Shown one piece after another: positions 24,440-45,323 of a DNA stretch of 58,378 nucleotides; positions within the stretch are counted from its first letter, which is position 1; each line of letters starts with the position of its first letter. Origin of the DNA: Macrostomum lignano (taxonomy: Eukaryota); the NCBI GenBank assembly GCA_002269645.1, contig NIVC01004142.1:1-58378 (forward strand). Reading direction: 5' to 3'. Both the position numbers and the translations under genes were made by a program. The notes under the pieces were generated by a model that made no database searches, was not told the DNA's origin, and saw only the letters and a list, made by a program, of their open reading frames with translations.

Positions 24440-25690
24440 CAGTTGGGGAGAGGGTGAGATTGAAAGACAGGGTGAGATTAATGAGAGAGAATTTGAGATT
24501 GATTGAAAGAGAGAGGGTGAGATTATTGAGGGAGAAGATAAGATTGATTGAGAGAGAGGGTGAGATTGATTGAGAGAGAAGGTAAGATTGATTGAGAGAC
24601 AGGGTGAGATTGATTGAGAGAGAAGGTAAGATTGATTGAGAGACAGGGTGAGATTGATTGAGAGAGAGGGTGAGATTGATTAAGAGATAGGGTGAGATTG
24701 AGGAGAGAGAATTTGTGATTGATTGAAAGAGAGAGAGAGGGTGAGATGATTGAGGGAGAAGATAAGATTGATTGAGAAAGAGGGTGAGATTTATTGAGAG
24801 AGAGGATGAGATTGATTGAGAGAAAAGGTGAGATTGATTGAGAGAGAGGGTGAGATTGATTGAGAGAGAGAGAGGGTGAGATTGATTGAGAGAGGGTGAG
24901 ATTGATTGAGAGAGAAGGTAAGATTGATTGAGAGACAGGGTGAGATTGATTGAGGGAGAGGGTGAGATTGATTGAGAGAGGGGTGAGATCGATTGAGAGA
25001 CAGGGAAAGATTGATTGAGAGAAAAAGGGTGGGATTGATTGAGAGAGAGAGGTGAGATTGATTGAGAGACAGGGAAAGATTGATTGAGAGAAAAAGGGTG
25101 AGATTGATTGAGAGAGAGGGTGAGATTGATTGAGAGAGAGGGTGAGATTGATTGAGAGAGAGGGTGAGATTGATTGAGAGAGAGGGTGAGATTGATTGAG
25201 AGAGAAGGTGAGATTGATTGAGAGAGAGGGTGAGATTGATTGAGAGAGAAAAAGGGTGGGATTTATTGAGAGAGAGAGGGTGAGATCGATTGAGAGACAG
25301 GGAAAGATTGATTGAGAGAAAAAGGGTGGGATTGATTGAGAGAGAGAGGTGAGATCGATTGAGAGAGAGAGGGTGAGATTGATTGAGAGAGAGAGGGTGA
25401 GATTGATTGAGAGAGAGAGGGTGAGATTGATTGAGAGAAAGAGGGTGAGATTGATTGAGAGAGAGAGGGTGAGATTGATTGAGAGAGAGAGGGTGAGATT
25501 GATTGAGAGAGAGAGGGTGAGATTGATTGAGATAGAAGGTGAGATTGATTGAGAGAGAGAGGGTGAGATTGATTGAGAGAGAGAGGGTGAGATTGATTGA
25601 GAGAGAGAGGGTGAGATTGATTGAGAGAAAAAGGGTGGGATTGATTGAGAGAGAGGGTGAAATTGATTGAGAGAGAGTGTGAGATTGATT
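24440..25690. repeat. 22-24-bp GGTGAGATTGATTGAGAGAGAG array
   Basis: Direct inspection. Confidence 0.94.
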
Positions 25691-25879
25691 AAGAGGATGG
25701 CTAGTATCAACAGAGCAGACCGTGAGCGCAAGTGTAGAGAGGATTCGAGACAGCACAAGCGGCAAACAGACCAGAATGCAGGCAGAGAAAGCCGAGACAG
25801 AGAAGCCAGGGGGGGGGGGAACGGAGGGCACGCAGGCAGCTCAGGACCGTCTCTCTTTCATCTCGCCTCCCAGCTCAGG

Positions 25880-26323
25880 AGTATAAAAAATGAGACAAAA
25901 AAGTCAAACAGAAACGGCACTGCAGAGATCGCGCAGAATTGCTAATTTTATAGCGACAGAAGCCCTCGACAGAAGCCGCTCGATCCACTTACAGATCCGC
26001 AAATCTGTACTCTCTGATCCCATAGGAGCCCGGATACCCACCTACCCAATGGCTGGTTCCCCTAGTTCTCTCTCTCTCTCCCTCTCCTTATCTCTATGTG
26101 CCTCTGTGCGCTGCAGAATTGCTGTCAGCTTTTTAACCCTTCTCAATTTCTTCCACGAAAAGAAGAAGACAGCAAAAATACCTTTGAAAAAAAGACATCG
26201 TCAAAGAGAGAGAGATATATAGATCACAAATTAAAATTGAAAATTTAACTGACTATTCATTTGTCAAATTTATCTCTGGAATTCTGAAAACTTATTCGCC
26301 TGTCGTGGACAGAGAAGGTAAGC
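25880..26323 (+). promoter_or_regulatory. Putative TATA box and non-coding first exon of the KChIP gene
   Basis: TATAAAAA at 25882, a consensus donor AAG|GTAAGC at 26317/26318, and a matching acceptor cactcag at 29797 two bases before ATG 29800. Confidence 0.45.
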
Positions 26324-26404
26324 AACTCTGAATTTACTTGTTCAACGCTTTTGATTGAGAGTTAAGAATTAATCTTTCTTTTCTTAGAAAGAAGCCAAAG
26401 AAAC

Positions 26405-27485
26405 CTCACACCGCCTCACCTGGAATCCCACACAGCCTCACCTGGAATCCCACACCGCATCAACTGGAATCCCACACCGCCTCAACTGGAATCCCACACC
26501 CCCTCACCCGGAATCCCACACCCCCTCATCCGGAATACCACACCCCCTCATCCGGAATCCCACACAGCCTCACCCAGAATTCAACATCGCCTCACCTGGA
26601 ATCCCTCACTGACTCATCTGGAATCCCACACAGCCTCACCTGGAATCCCACACCGCATCAACTGGAATCCCACACCCCCTCACCCGGAATTCCACATCGC
26701 CTCACCTGGAATCCCTCACTGACTCACCTAGAATCCCACACCGCCTCACCCGCATCCCCCTCACCTGGAATCCCACACCACCTCACCTGGAATCCCACAC
26801 CACCTCACCTGGAATCCCACACCACCTCACCTGGAATCCCACACCACCTCACCTGGAATCCCACACCACCTCACCTGGAATCCCACACCCCCTCATCCGG
26901 AATCCCACGGCCCCTCACCCGGAATCCCATACCCCCTCATCCGGAATCCCATACCCCCTCATCCGGAATCCCACACCCCCTCATCCGGAATCCCACAACC
27001 CCTCATCCGGAATCCCACAACCCCTCATCCGGAATCCCACACCACCTCACCTGGAATCCCACAAACCCTCATCCGGAATCCCACGCCCCCTCATCCGGAA
27101 TCCCACACCGCCTCATCCGGAATCCCACACCCCTTCATCCGGAATCCCACGCCCCCTCATCCGGAATCCCACACCGCCTCATCCGGAATCCCACACCCCT
27201 TCATCCGGAATCCCACACCCCCTCATCCGGAATCCCACAAACCCTCATCCGGAATCCCACGCCCCCTCATCCGGAATCCCACACCGCCTCATCCGGAATC
27301 CCACAAACCCTCATCCGGAATCCCATGCCCCCTCATCCGGAATCCCACAAACCCTCATCCGGAATCCCACACCCCCTCATCCGGAATCCCACAAACCCTC
27401 ATCCGGAATCCCACACCCTCTCATCCGGAATCCCACACCCCCTCATCCGGAATCCCACACCCTCTCATCCGGAATCCCACACCCC
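26405..27485. repeat. 22-bp CCTCA(CCT/TCC)GGAATCCCACACC array
   Basis: Direct inspection. Confidence 0.94.
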
Positions 27486-28009
27486 AAAATCTTAGCTACA
27501 TCAACCGCAACCATCAGCACTAAAAACCGCCGGCAGCATCGGGGAAAAGTTTTCTTTAAACTCGAAGAAAAACTTTTCTTCTTTCATGCTGCGGCCCGCT
27601 GCTTGCAGCTGACTTGGGCTACAAGTGAAATCCGCTCGCTTAGGGCTGAGGCGAACTCCCACCGCCTCCCCCATCCCCCAAATCCCAATGGACTGACCAG
27701 TTCTTCAGGCTAAGTTAGGAAAATGCGCAGCGCCTTACGGGACCCCAAGCGGCAGTTAGTGTTCATCAGTAAAATTCTCCTTAGTAACGAACTACGATTA
27801 ACCAGCCTCATTTTATGGCTCTGGTAGGCAGGTAAAATCTTTTCAATAGTGTTTCTCTTTATTCAGAGCGACGGACACGGAGCCTATATTGAAATTTTGC
27901 AACTGCCTCAACGCTTCATTGTAAACGTGAATCTGGAAAGGCAGCTTGAGCCACAAGATTAACTTGTTAAGAAGTCACCAAGGAGGTTAAAGTAGATTGA
28001 GACAGGGTA

Positions 28010-28800
28010 GAAGTAGAGTGAAAAAGAGAAGGTAGAAAGAAGTACGATAGATCGATAGAGAGGTGTAGGGTAGACGTTAGAGAGGGGTAGAGTAGATGAG
28101 AGAGGGTAGAGTAGATGATAAAGAGAGGGGTAGAGTAGACGTTAGAGAAGGGTAAAGTAGATGAGAGAGGGGTAGAGTAGATGATAGAGAGAGGGGTAGA
28201 GTAGATGTTAGAGAGGGGTAGAGTAGATGAGAGAGGGGTAGAGTAGATGATAGAGAGGGGGGTAGAGTAGATGTTAGAGAGGGGTAGAATAGATGTTAGA
28301 GAGAGAGGTAGAATAGATGTTAGAGAGAGGAAAAATAGATGTTAGAGAGAGAGGTAGAATAGATGTTAGAGAGAGGGGTAGAATAGATGTTAGAGAGAGG
28401 GGTAGAATAGATGTTAGAGAGAGGAAAAATAGATGTTAGAGAGAGAGGTAGAATAGATGTAGAGAAAGAGGTAGAATAGATGTTAGAGAGAGGGCTAGAA
28501 TAGATGTTAGAGGAGGGGTAGAATAGATGTTAGAGAGAGGAAAAATAGATGTTAGAGAGAGAGGAAAAACAGATGTTAGAGAGAGAGGTAGAATAGATGT
28601 AGAGAGAGAGGAAAAACAGATGTTAGAGAGAGAGGTAGAATAGATGTAGAGAGAGAGGTAGAATAGATGTTAGAGAGAGGGGTAGAATAGATGTTAGAGA
28701 GAGGAAAAACAGATGTTAGAGAGAGAGGTAGAATAGATGTAGAGAGAGAGGTAGAATAGATGTTAGAGAGAGAGGTAGAATAGATGTAGAGAGAGGGGTA
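28010..28800. repeat. Purine-rich 22-24-bp GTAGAATAGATGTTAGAGAGAGAG array
   Basis: Direct inspection. Confidence 0.92.
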
Positions 28801-29184
28801 GAGTTGAATTTACAAAACCCAAATAATGGCGGTGGTCAAACAGGTCAGTCATTCCGCCCTAGCTCATACAAGCGTACTGCAATGCCAATGTCCGAGACAG
28901 CGGCTAAGTTCAGACTGAAACGGCATAGCAACTACTCGGATCTACCAGAAAGCCGGGACAGCAGGACTGGATGCTCTCGCTGTCCGAGGTGTAGCCATAA
29001 AACCGGCCTAACTTTCGGAGGCAGTGGGAAACGATTTGAATTTAAATGCAAATTTATGGACGATGCCGCCCAAGCACACCCGCTGCAGAGATTCTTTTTC
29101 AATGCAGCTTCTACACTCCGTGCAGGCCGTGCATACGAGATTAACTTGAAATTCTAATTGCAGGATTTCTGGAATAGTCGAGAA

Positions 29185-29720
29185 TGGAGAGAGAGATGGA
29201 ATGAGAGGGTGAGAGATGGAATGAGAGAGGGTGAGAGATGGCATGAAAGGGTGAGAGATGGCATCAGAGAGGGTGAGAGATGGAATGAGAGGGTGAGAGA
29301 TGGAATGAGAGGGTGAGAGATGGAATGAGAAGGTGAGAGATGGAATGAGAAGGTGAGAGATGGAATGAGAAGGTGAGAGATGGAATGAGAGGGTGAGAGA
29401 TGGAATGAGAAGGTGAGAGATGGAATGAGAAGGTGAGAGATGGAATGAGAAGGTGAGAGATGGAATGAGAGGGTGAGAGATGGAATGAGAGAGGGTGAGA
29501 GATGGAACGAGAAGGTGAGAGATGGAATGAGAAGGTGAGAGATGGAATGAGAGGGTGAGAGATGGAATGAGAGAGGGTGAGAGATGGCATGAAAGGGTGA
29601 GAGATGGCATCAGAGAGGGTGAGAGATGTAATGAGAGGGTGAGAGATGGCATGAAAGGGTGAGAGATGGCATCAGAGAGGGTGAGAGGTGGAATGAGAAG
29701 GTGAGAGATGGAATGAGTGA
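29185..29720. repeat. 20-bp TGGAATGAGA(G/A)GGTGAGAGA array
   Basis: Direct inspection. Confidence 0.93.
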
Positions 29721-29799
29721 TACCGTTATAAATCCAGCGCGCCAGTTCTAAAATGGAATAAAAATTATCCTATCTATTAATTTTAAATGTCACTCAGTC

Positions 29800-32700
29800 A
29801 TGTCGACATCGAGCCCAGGATGTCGTCAGGTCATCAATCAGCGAATGGACGGGCAGGCAGATGGAGTCCGTGAAAGCTGGCTGGATCGGCTCGGAATTCG
29901 GGATCGAACCGTCCGATTGGGTCGATTTTGCAACATCTGCTTTTGCCGACTGCTCCAGATCTGCTTTCGCTGCCGGCTTTGTAAGACTCAATGCGCTGGG
30001 GAGGTCGACCCTTTCAGAGTGCGGCTGCACTGTGTCAGACAGAGTGGCTGCACTGTGTCAGACAGAGTGGCTGCACTGTGTCAGACAGAGTGGCTGCACT
30101 GTGTCAGAAAGAGTGGCTGCACTGTGTCAGAGAGCGGCTGCACTGTGTCAGAGAGTGGCTGCACTGTGTCAGACAGAGTGGCTGCACTGTGTCAGACAGA
30201 GTGGCTGCACTGTGTCAGACAGAGTGGCTGCACTGTGTCAGACAGAGTGGCTGCACTGTGTCAGACAGAGTGGCTGCACTGTGTCAGACAGAGTGGCTGC
30301 ACTGTGTCAGACAGAGTGGCTGCACTGTGTCAGACAGAGTGGCTGCACTGTGTCAGACAGAGTGGCTGCACTGTGTCAGACAGAGTGGCTGCACTGTGTC
30401 AGACAGAGTGGCTGCACTGTGTCAGACAGAGTGGCTGCACTGTGTCAGACAGAGTGGCTGCACTGTGTCAGACAGAGCGGCTGCACTGTGTCAGAGAGCG
30501 GCTGCACTGTGTCAGAGAGCGGCTGCACTGTGTCAGAGAGCGGCTGCACTGTGTCAGAGAGCGGCTGCACTGTGTCAGAGAGTGGCTGCACTGTGTCAGA
30601 GAGTGGCTGCACTGTGTCAGAGAGTGGCTGCACTGTGTCAGAGTGTGGCTGCACTGTCAGACAGAGTGGCTGCACTGTGTCAGACAGAGTGGCTGCACTG
30701 TGTCAGAAAGAGTGGCTGCACTGTGTCAGACAGAGTGGCTGCACTGTGTCAGACAGAGTGGCTGCACTGTGTCAGAAAGAGTGGCTGCACTGTGTCAGAC
30801 AGAGTGGCTGCACTGTGTTAGAGAGCGGCTACACTGTATCAGTGTGGAGAGAGCGGACGCGCTGTTAGTTTCTGTCAGGGAGATGTGCTCTGCACTTTTG
30901 TTTGGACTTGAGCGCTTTAGTTACACTCAAGGCTGCTCAATGGGTGCTGCCTATAGACTCATCTCAAAAGTTTTATGCCTAAAGCTTTGACTGACAACTG
31001 GCAATCCTCTGGCTGTTAATATTTAATCAGAATCAGTCCGGGTGCTTCACTACGTGCTCAGTAGCATAAGTAGGCGGCGATGAAGACTCTCACCCAGGTT
31101 AGAGCTCATCTCCGACAATGAGCCGATCAAACGAACTCAATAAAAAATCTATCAAAGGTCGATCGTCCGAATCGGGGCCTGCCGGCACGGCGGGCTGGGG
31201 TGCCGCGGTTGCCGACAGCCGCGCCGCTCCGTGGCATCACCGGCCAGTCAGTCTGGCCAGCCTGGCCCAGAGGACCCGCTTCAGCCGTCAGGAGCTCCAG
31301 CTGATGTACCGCGGCTTCAAGAACGACTGTCCGTCCGGTCTGGTGCACCGGGCCGCGTTTCGGGAGATCTTCTCGCAGTTCTTCCCGCTGGGCGACGCCT
31401 CAGCCTATGCGGACCTGGTGTTTGACAGCTTCGACCCGGGCGGACGGGGCTGTCTGACCTTCGAGATCGTCATTCAGGTGATGAGTCAGAGCTTGAGTAC
31501 GATTTCTTTTCTTCAAAGCTCAGTGTTGGATTTCAAGAATGGCGGCATACAAACTGGCCCGAAAAACAACAAAATGGCACAACAGTGCAAAAATGGCACA
31601 AATTGATTACCAAATTGAGGGGATGAGATTACCAAATTAACGGGATGAGATTACCAAATTGACGGGATGAGATTACCAAATTAACGGGATGAGATTACCA
31701 AATTGAGGGGACGAGATTACCAAATTGAGGGGACGAGATTACCAAATTGAGGGGACGAGATTACCAAATTGACGGGATGAGATTACCAAATTGAGGGGAC
31801 GAGATTACCAAATTGACGGGATGAGATTACCAAATTGAGGGGACGAGATTACCAAATTGACGGGATGAGATTACCAAATTGACGGGATGAGATTACCAAA
31901 TTGAGGGGATGAGATTACCAAATTGAGGGGATGAGATTACCAAATTGACGGGATGAGATTACCAAATTGAGGGGATGAGATTACCAAATTGACGGGATGA
32001 GATTACCAAATTGACGGGATGAGATTACCAAATTGAGGGGATGAGATTACCAAATTGACGGGATGAGATTACCAAATTAAGGGGATGAGATTACCAAATT
32101 GACGGGATGAGATTACCAAATTAACGGGATGAGATTACCAAATTGAGGGGATGAGATTACCAAATTGACGGGATGAGATTACCAAATTAACGGGATGAGA
32201 TTACCAAATTAACGGGATGAGATTACCAAATTAACGGGATGAGATTACCAAATTAACGGGATGAGATTACCAAATTGACGGGATGAGATTACCAAATTGA
32301 CGGGATGAGATTACCAAATTGACGGGATGAGATTACCAAATTAAGGGGATGAGATTACCAAATTGACGGGATGAGATTACCAAATTGACGGGATGAGATT
32401 ACCAAATTGACGGGATGAGATTACCAAATTAACGGGATGAGATTACCAAATTGACGGGATGAGATTACCAAATTGACGGGATGAGATTACCAAATTGACG
32501 GGATGAGATTACCAAATTGACGGGATGAGATTACCAAATTGACGGGATGAGATTACCAAATTGAGGGGATGAGATTACCAAATTAACGGGATGAGATTAC
32601 CAAATTGAGGGGATGAGATTACCAAATTGACGGGATGAGATTACCAAATTGACGGGATGAGATTACCAAATTGAGGGGATGAGATTACCAAATTGACGGG

Positions 32701-33351
32701 ATGAGATTACCAAATTGACGGGATGAGATTACCAAATTGACGGGATGAGATTACCAAATTGACGGGATGAGATTACCAAATTGACGGGATGAGATTACCA
32801 AATTGAGGGGATGAGATTACCAAATTAACGGGATGAGATTACCAAATTGACGGGATGAGATTACCAAATTGAGGGGATGAGATTACCAAATTGACGGGAT
32901 GAGATTACCAAATTGAGGGGATGAGATTACCAAATTGACGGGATGAGATTACCAAATTGAGGGGATGAGATTACCAAATTGAGGGGATGAGATTACCAAA
33001 TTGAGGGGATGAGATTAAAACCTGCGGCCACTTCCCCAGGGCCTGTCAGTCATCTGCAAGGGCAGCAGCGAGGAGAAGCTGGACTGGGCCTTCCGTCTCT
33101 ACGACACGGATCGGGACGGCTTCATCAGCAAGCGAGAAATGGTGCAGCTGGTCAGGGCTATCTACGACATGCTTGGCGACTCCGTCTGGCCGCGGGTGCA
33201 CCCGTGCGACGCTCAGCTACACGCCGAGAAAATCTTCGACGCCATGGACCGGGACGGCGACGGCGCGGTCACTTTCCAGCAATTCGTGCTCGCCTGCAGA
33301 CGCGACCGCGACCTGGACAGGGAGCTTGACTGCTTCGACACCCTGCTGTGA
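29800..33351 (+). CDS. kcnip: KChIP (Kv channel-interacting protein)-like neuronal calcium sensor, join(29800..30018, 31103..31477, 33040..33351), 301 aa; a shorter form from ATG 31118 would be 223 aa
   Basis: The core HRPVSLASLAQRTRFSRQELQLMYRGFKNDCPSG...FSQFFPLGDASAYA...GLSVICKGSSEEKLDWAFRLYDTDRDGFISKREM...IYDMLG...IFDAMDRDGDGAVTF...FDTLL parallels the KChIP core. A phase-0 intron 31478..33039 (CAG|GTGATG ... ttccccag|GGC) joins it. The first coding exon is less certain: acceptor cactcag just before ATG 29800, donor AGA|GTGCGG, acceptor ggttag|AGC, all phase 0. Confidence 0.85.
30015..30840. repeat. 23/21-bp CAGACAGAGTGGCTGCACTGTGT array starting at the predicted KChIP donor
   Basis: Direct inspection. 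Confidence 0.95.
31604..33017. repeat. 22-bp GGGATGAGATTACCAAATT(GAC/GAG/AAC) array, about 64 copies, in a KChIP intron
   Basis: Direct inspection. Highly homogeneous. Confidence 0.97.
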
Positions 33352-33354
33352 TGG

Positions 33355-33700
33355 GCCTGTCTGACCCACGCACTGGCCCACTCACTGACCCATTCGCTGA
33401 CTCACTCACTGACCCACTCACTGACCCACTAACTGGCCCACTCACTGACCCATTGGCTGACCCACTCACTGACTCACTCACTGACCCTGACCCTTCTCAC
33501 TGACCCACTCACTGACCCACCACCCTGACCCACTCACTGACCCGCTCACTGACCCGCTCACTGACCCACTCACTGACCCATTCGCTGATCCATTCACTGA
33601 CCCATTGGCTGACCCACTCACTGACTCACTCACTGACCCTGACCCTTCTCACTGACCCACTCACTGACCCACCACCCTGACCCACTCACTGACCCATTCC
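33355..33700. repeat. About 12-bp CACTGACCCACT array immediately after the KChIP stop
   Basis: Direct inspection. Confidence 0.9.
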
Positions 33701-34002
33701 GTTGACACTCCCTACACAAAATTGACCTACTTGCTGGTTCATGTATTGACCCACTTAATACCGGTCCGAGTGACCATACGACGAACTCAACAGTTAAAAT
33801 AATTGTTTTAACCTTCTCTTAACTGTTCACAGCGTTCACGCTTACCTACGAGCATTTTTTGATAGCGTGTATCGGACACTGTGCGCTCCTGATGCCCACA
33901 AATTTTCTACTGCTTTGTTTATCTGCATGTACCTACATCATGGTAGCTAGGCAATTCCGATGTAAACCTTGCAAGCAGGTAATTAGGTAAATCCCTCAGC
34001 AG

Positions 34003-34520
34003 CCCTTGAATCTGCCTCTCCGCTCCCTCAGTCAGTGCTTGAATCTGCCTCTCCGCTCCCTCAGCAGCCCTTGAATCTGCCTCTCCGCTCCCTCAGCAGC
34101 CCTTGAATCTGCCTCTCCGCTCCCTCAGCAGCCCTTGAATCTGCCTCTCCGCCCCTCAGCAGCCCTTGAATCTGCCTCTCCGCTCCCTCAGCAGCCCTTG
34201 AATCTGCCTCTCCGCTCCCTCAGCAGCCCTTGAATCTGCCTCTCCGCTCCCTCAGCAGCCCTTGAATCTGCCTCTCCGCTCCCTCAGTCAGTGCTTGAAT
34301 CTGCCTCTCCGCTCCCTCAGGCAGTGCTTGAATCTGCCTCTCCGCTCCCTCAGGCAGTGCTTGAATCTGCCTCTCCGCTCCCTCAGGCAGTGCTTGAATC
34401 TGCCTCTCCGCTCTCTCAGGCAGTGCTTGAATCTGCCTCTCCGCTCTCTCAGGCAGTGCTTGAATCTGCCTCTCCGCTCCCTCAGTGCTTTAACCTGCCT
34501 CTCCGCTCCCTCAGTGCTTT
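34003..34520. repeat. 32/33-bp CTTGAATCTGCCTCTCCGCTCCCTCAG(CAGCC/GCAGTG) array
   Basis: Direct inspection. Confidence 0.94.
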
Positions 34521-36239
34521 AACCTGCCTAGCCGTAGAAAGCAGTTAATCAACAAAGAAAATAGAGGTGAAGACATTATCAAACAGAAAATTTATTGCAA
34601 TTTTAAATTTAGCATTGCATAATACGACTTGCAAATAGAATTAAGTTTAACATGCCACAGTTTGTTAAAGATTAATAAGGATATTCTGTTGCAACAGAAC
34701 TTGCACTGCGATACAAATGAATCAACAGTGTAGTGTACTTTTAGTTTTATTATGTAGACAAGAACAAAAAGCAATGAAAAAGTACTAGAAGCTGTTAAAG
34801 TCTTTCCCAGCTAGGTCCCCCCGCGCAGACAATGAAAACACGGTTTAGGTTTAGATATTAGTTAGATAAAATCTTAGCAATGGATTAAGCCATCGGATAA
34901 TCATCCAACTAGTAAAAAAACCAGGCGCGAGACAAAAACACTGATTCCAGTAAAATTGATCGCGAAGCACTTAACTTACATTAATAATTAATATTCAAAT
35001 TCAATAGCATTGCCTACTATGAGTAATAAATATGAATTTTATTTATGCAACACGCGGGGCATTGCACAGAAGCCATAATGCAAATATTTCCAAATCTCTT
35101 GTTCTTCCTGGCTCGATTATAATAAAGATAAAGCAGAGCTAACAAAGCAGAACACATGCAATATATAAACTAATGCATTATATGTATAGATAAATATGAG
35201 TAGTATAACAAATAATAAGGGACTTCTTATTTCTGCTTCGGTGTAAACAGTATTGCAAATTGACTAGTACACAGGGGAGAGATCGGAGATGAAATCATTT
35301 TATCCAGCTAATCTCACTGTAATAACCAGCATGAAAAACACAAGGTTAAACAGTTGCACGGGACAGAGTACACAAACTCTCCCATCTGACTACTGCCGAC
35401 AAGTAGGCCGATAAAAAAAATTAAAAAGCGGGCTTTTCAGAGACTAGAAAATATTTAAACAGAAAACACGCAGAGGTATGCAAGAGAATTCAAACTCGCC
35501 GCACTGCTGCATCTTCAATATTAGATTCAACAACAGTTAAAGTTATTTATAGGCAGTAAAAACTTATAAGTGTGTGTGTGAGACATTATTGGACAAGTAT
35601 TATATAAGAATAGAATTTAACACTATTTGTTTGAATAAAAACACAGTACTTGCACAAATTGTCTAACAATCCAATTATCTATTATAACCAATGTCATGAC
35701 TACCTTGCTAGCTAGCTTAATCCAATATACTAAAAACATTATTACACTAGCCTAGTTGTCTAATTAACTAAATTAAATTTTCATTGCGACTGATGACTAG
35801 TCGGTATCTGAGACTAATAGAAAAATAAGCAATTAAAAAAAGACTAATTGCCTAATTATTGCCTAATCGCCTAATCATTGGCTAATAACATGATTATTTC
35901 ATAGTAGTTATACTTACACGGAATTATAATAAAATTGCCTAATCATTGGCTAATTACCTAATTATAATCTAATTACCTAGTTATAGTTTAATAACCCAAT
36001 TGTAGTCATATTGCCTAATTAAAGTCTAATTACCTAATTACCTAATTACAGTCTAATTACCTAAATAAAGTCATATCCTGATTATTGCCTAATTGCGTAA
36101 TAATTTCACACTCAATTAACCATTTTACCTAGCCTTATGCCTATAGTAGCTAAGCTCTAGGGGTCACAACGGAGACAGAAGCGGTCACTTGACAGACAGG
36201 CGGGCAGAATGTCCTCATTATTGAGAAGCCGCCAGCAGC

Positions 36240-45323
<9,084 letters not shown>

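Noticed and set aside
27544-27578. Short AT-rich hairpin GAAAAGTTTTCTT...AAGAAAAACTTTTC
   Set aside because: Too short and AT-rich for a pre-miRNA and plausible by chance.
29861-30990. Cys-rich long ORFs in three frames
   Set aside because: Read-through of the 23/21-bp array; only 29800..30018 is retained as a candidate exon.
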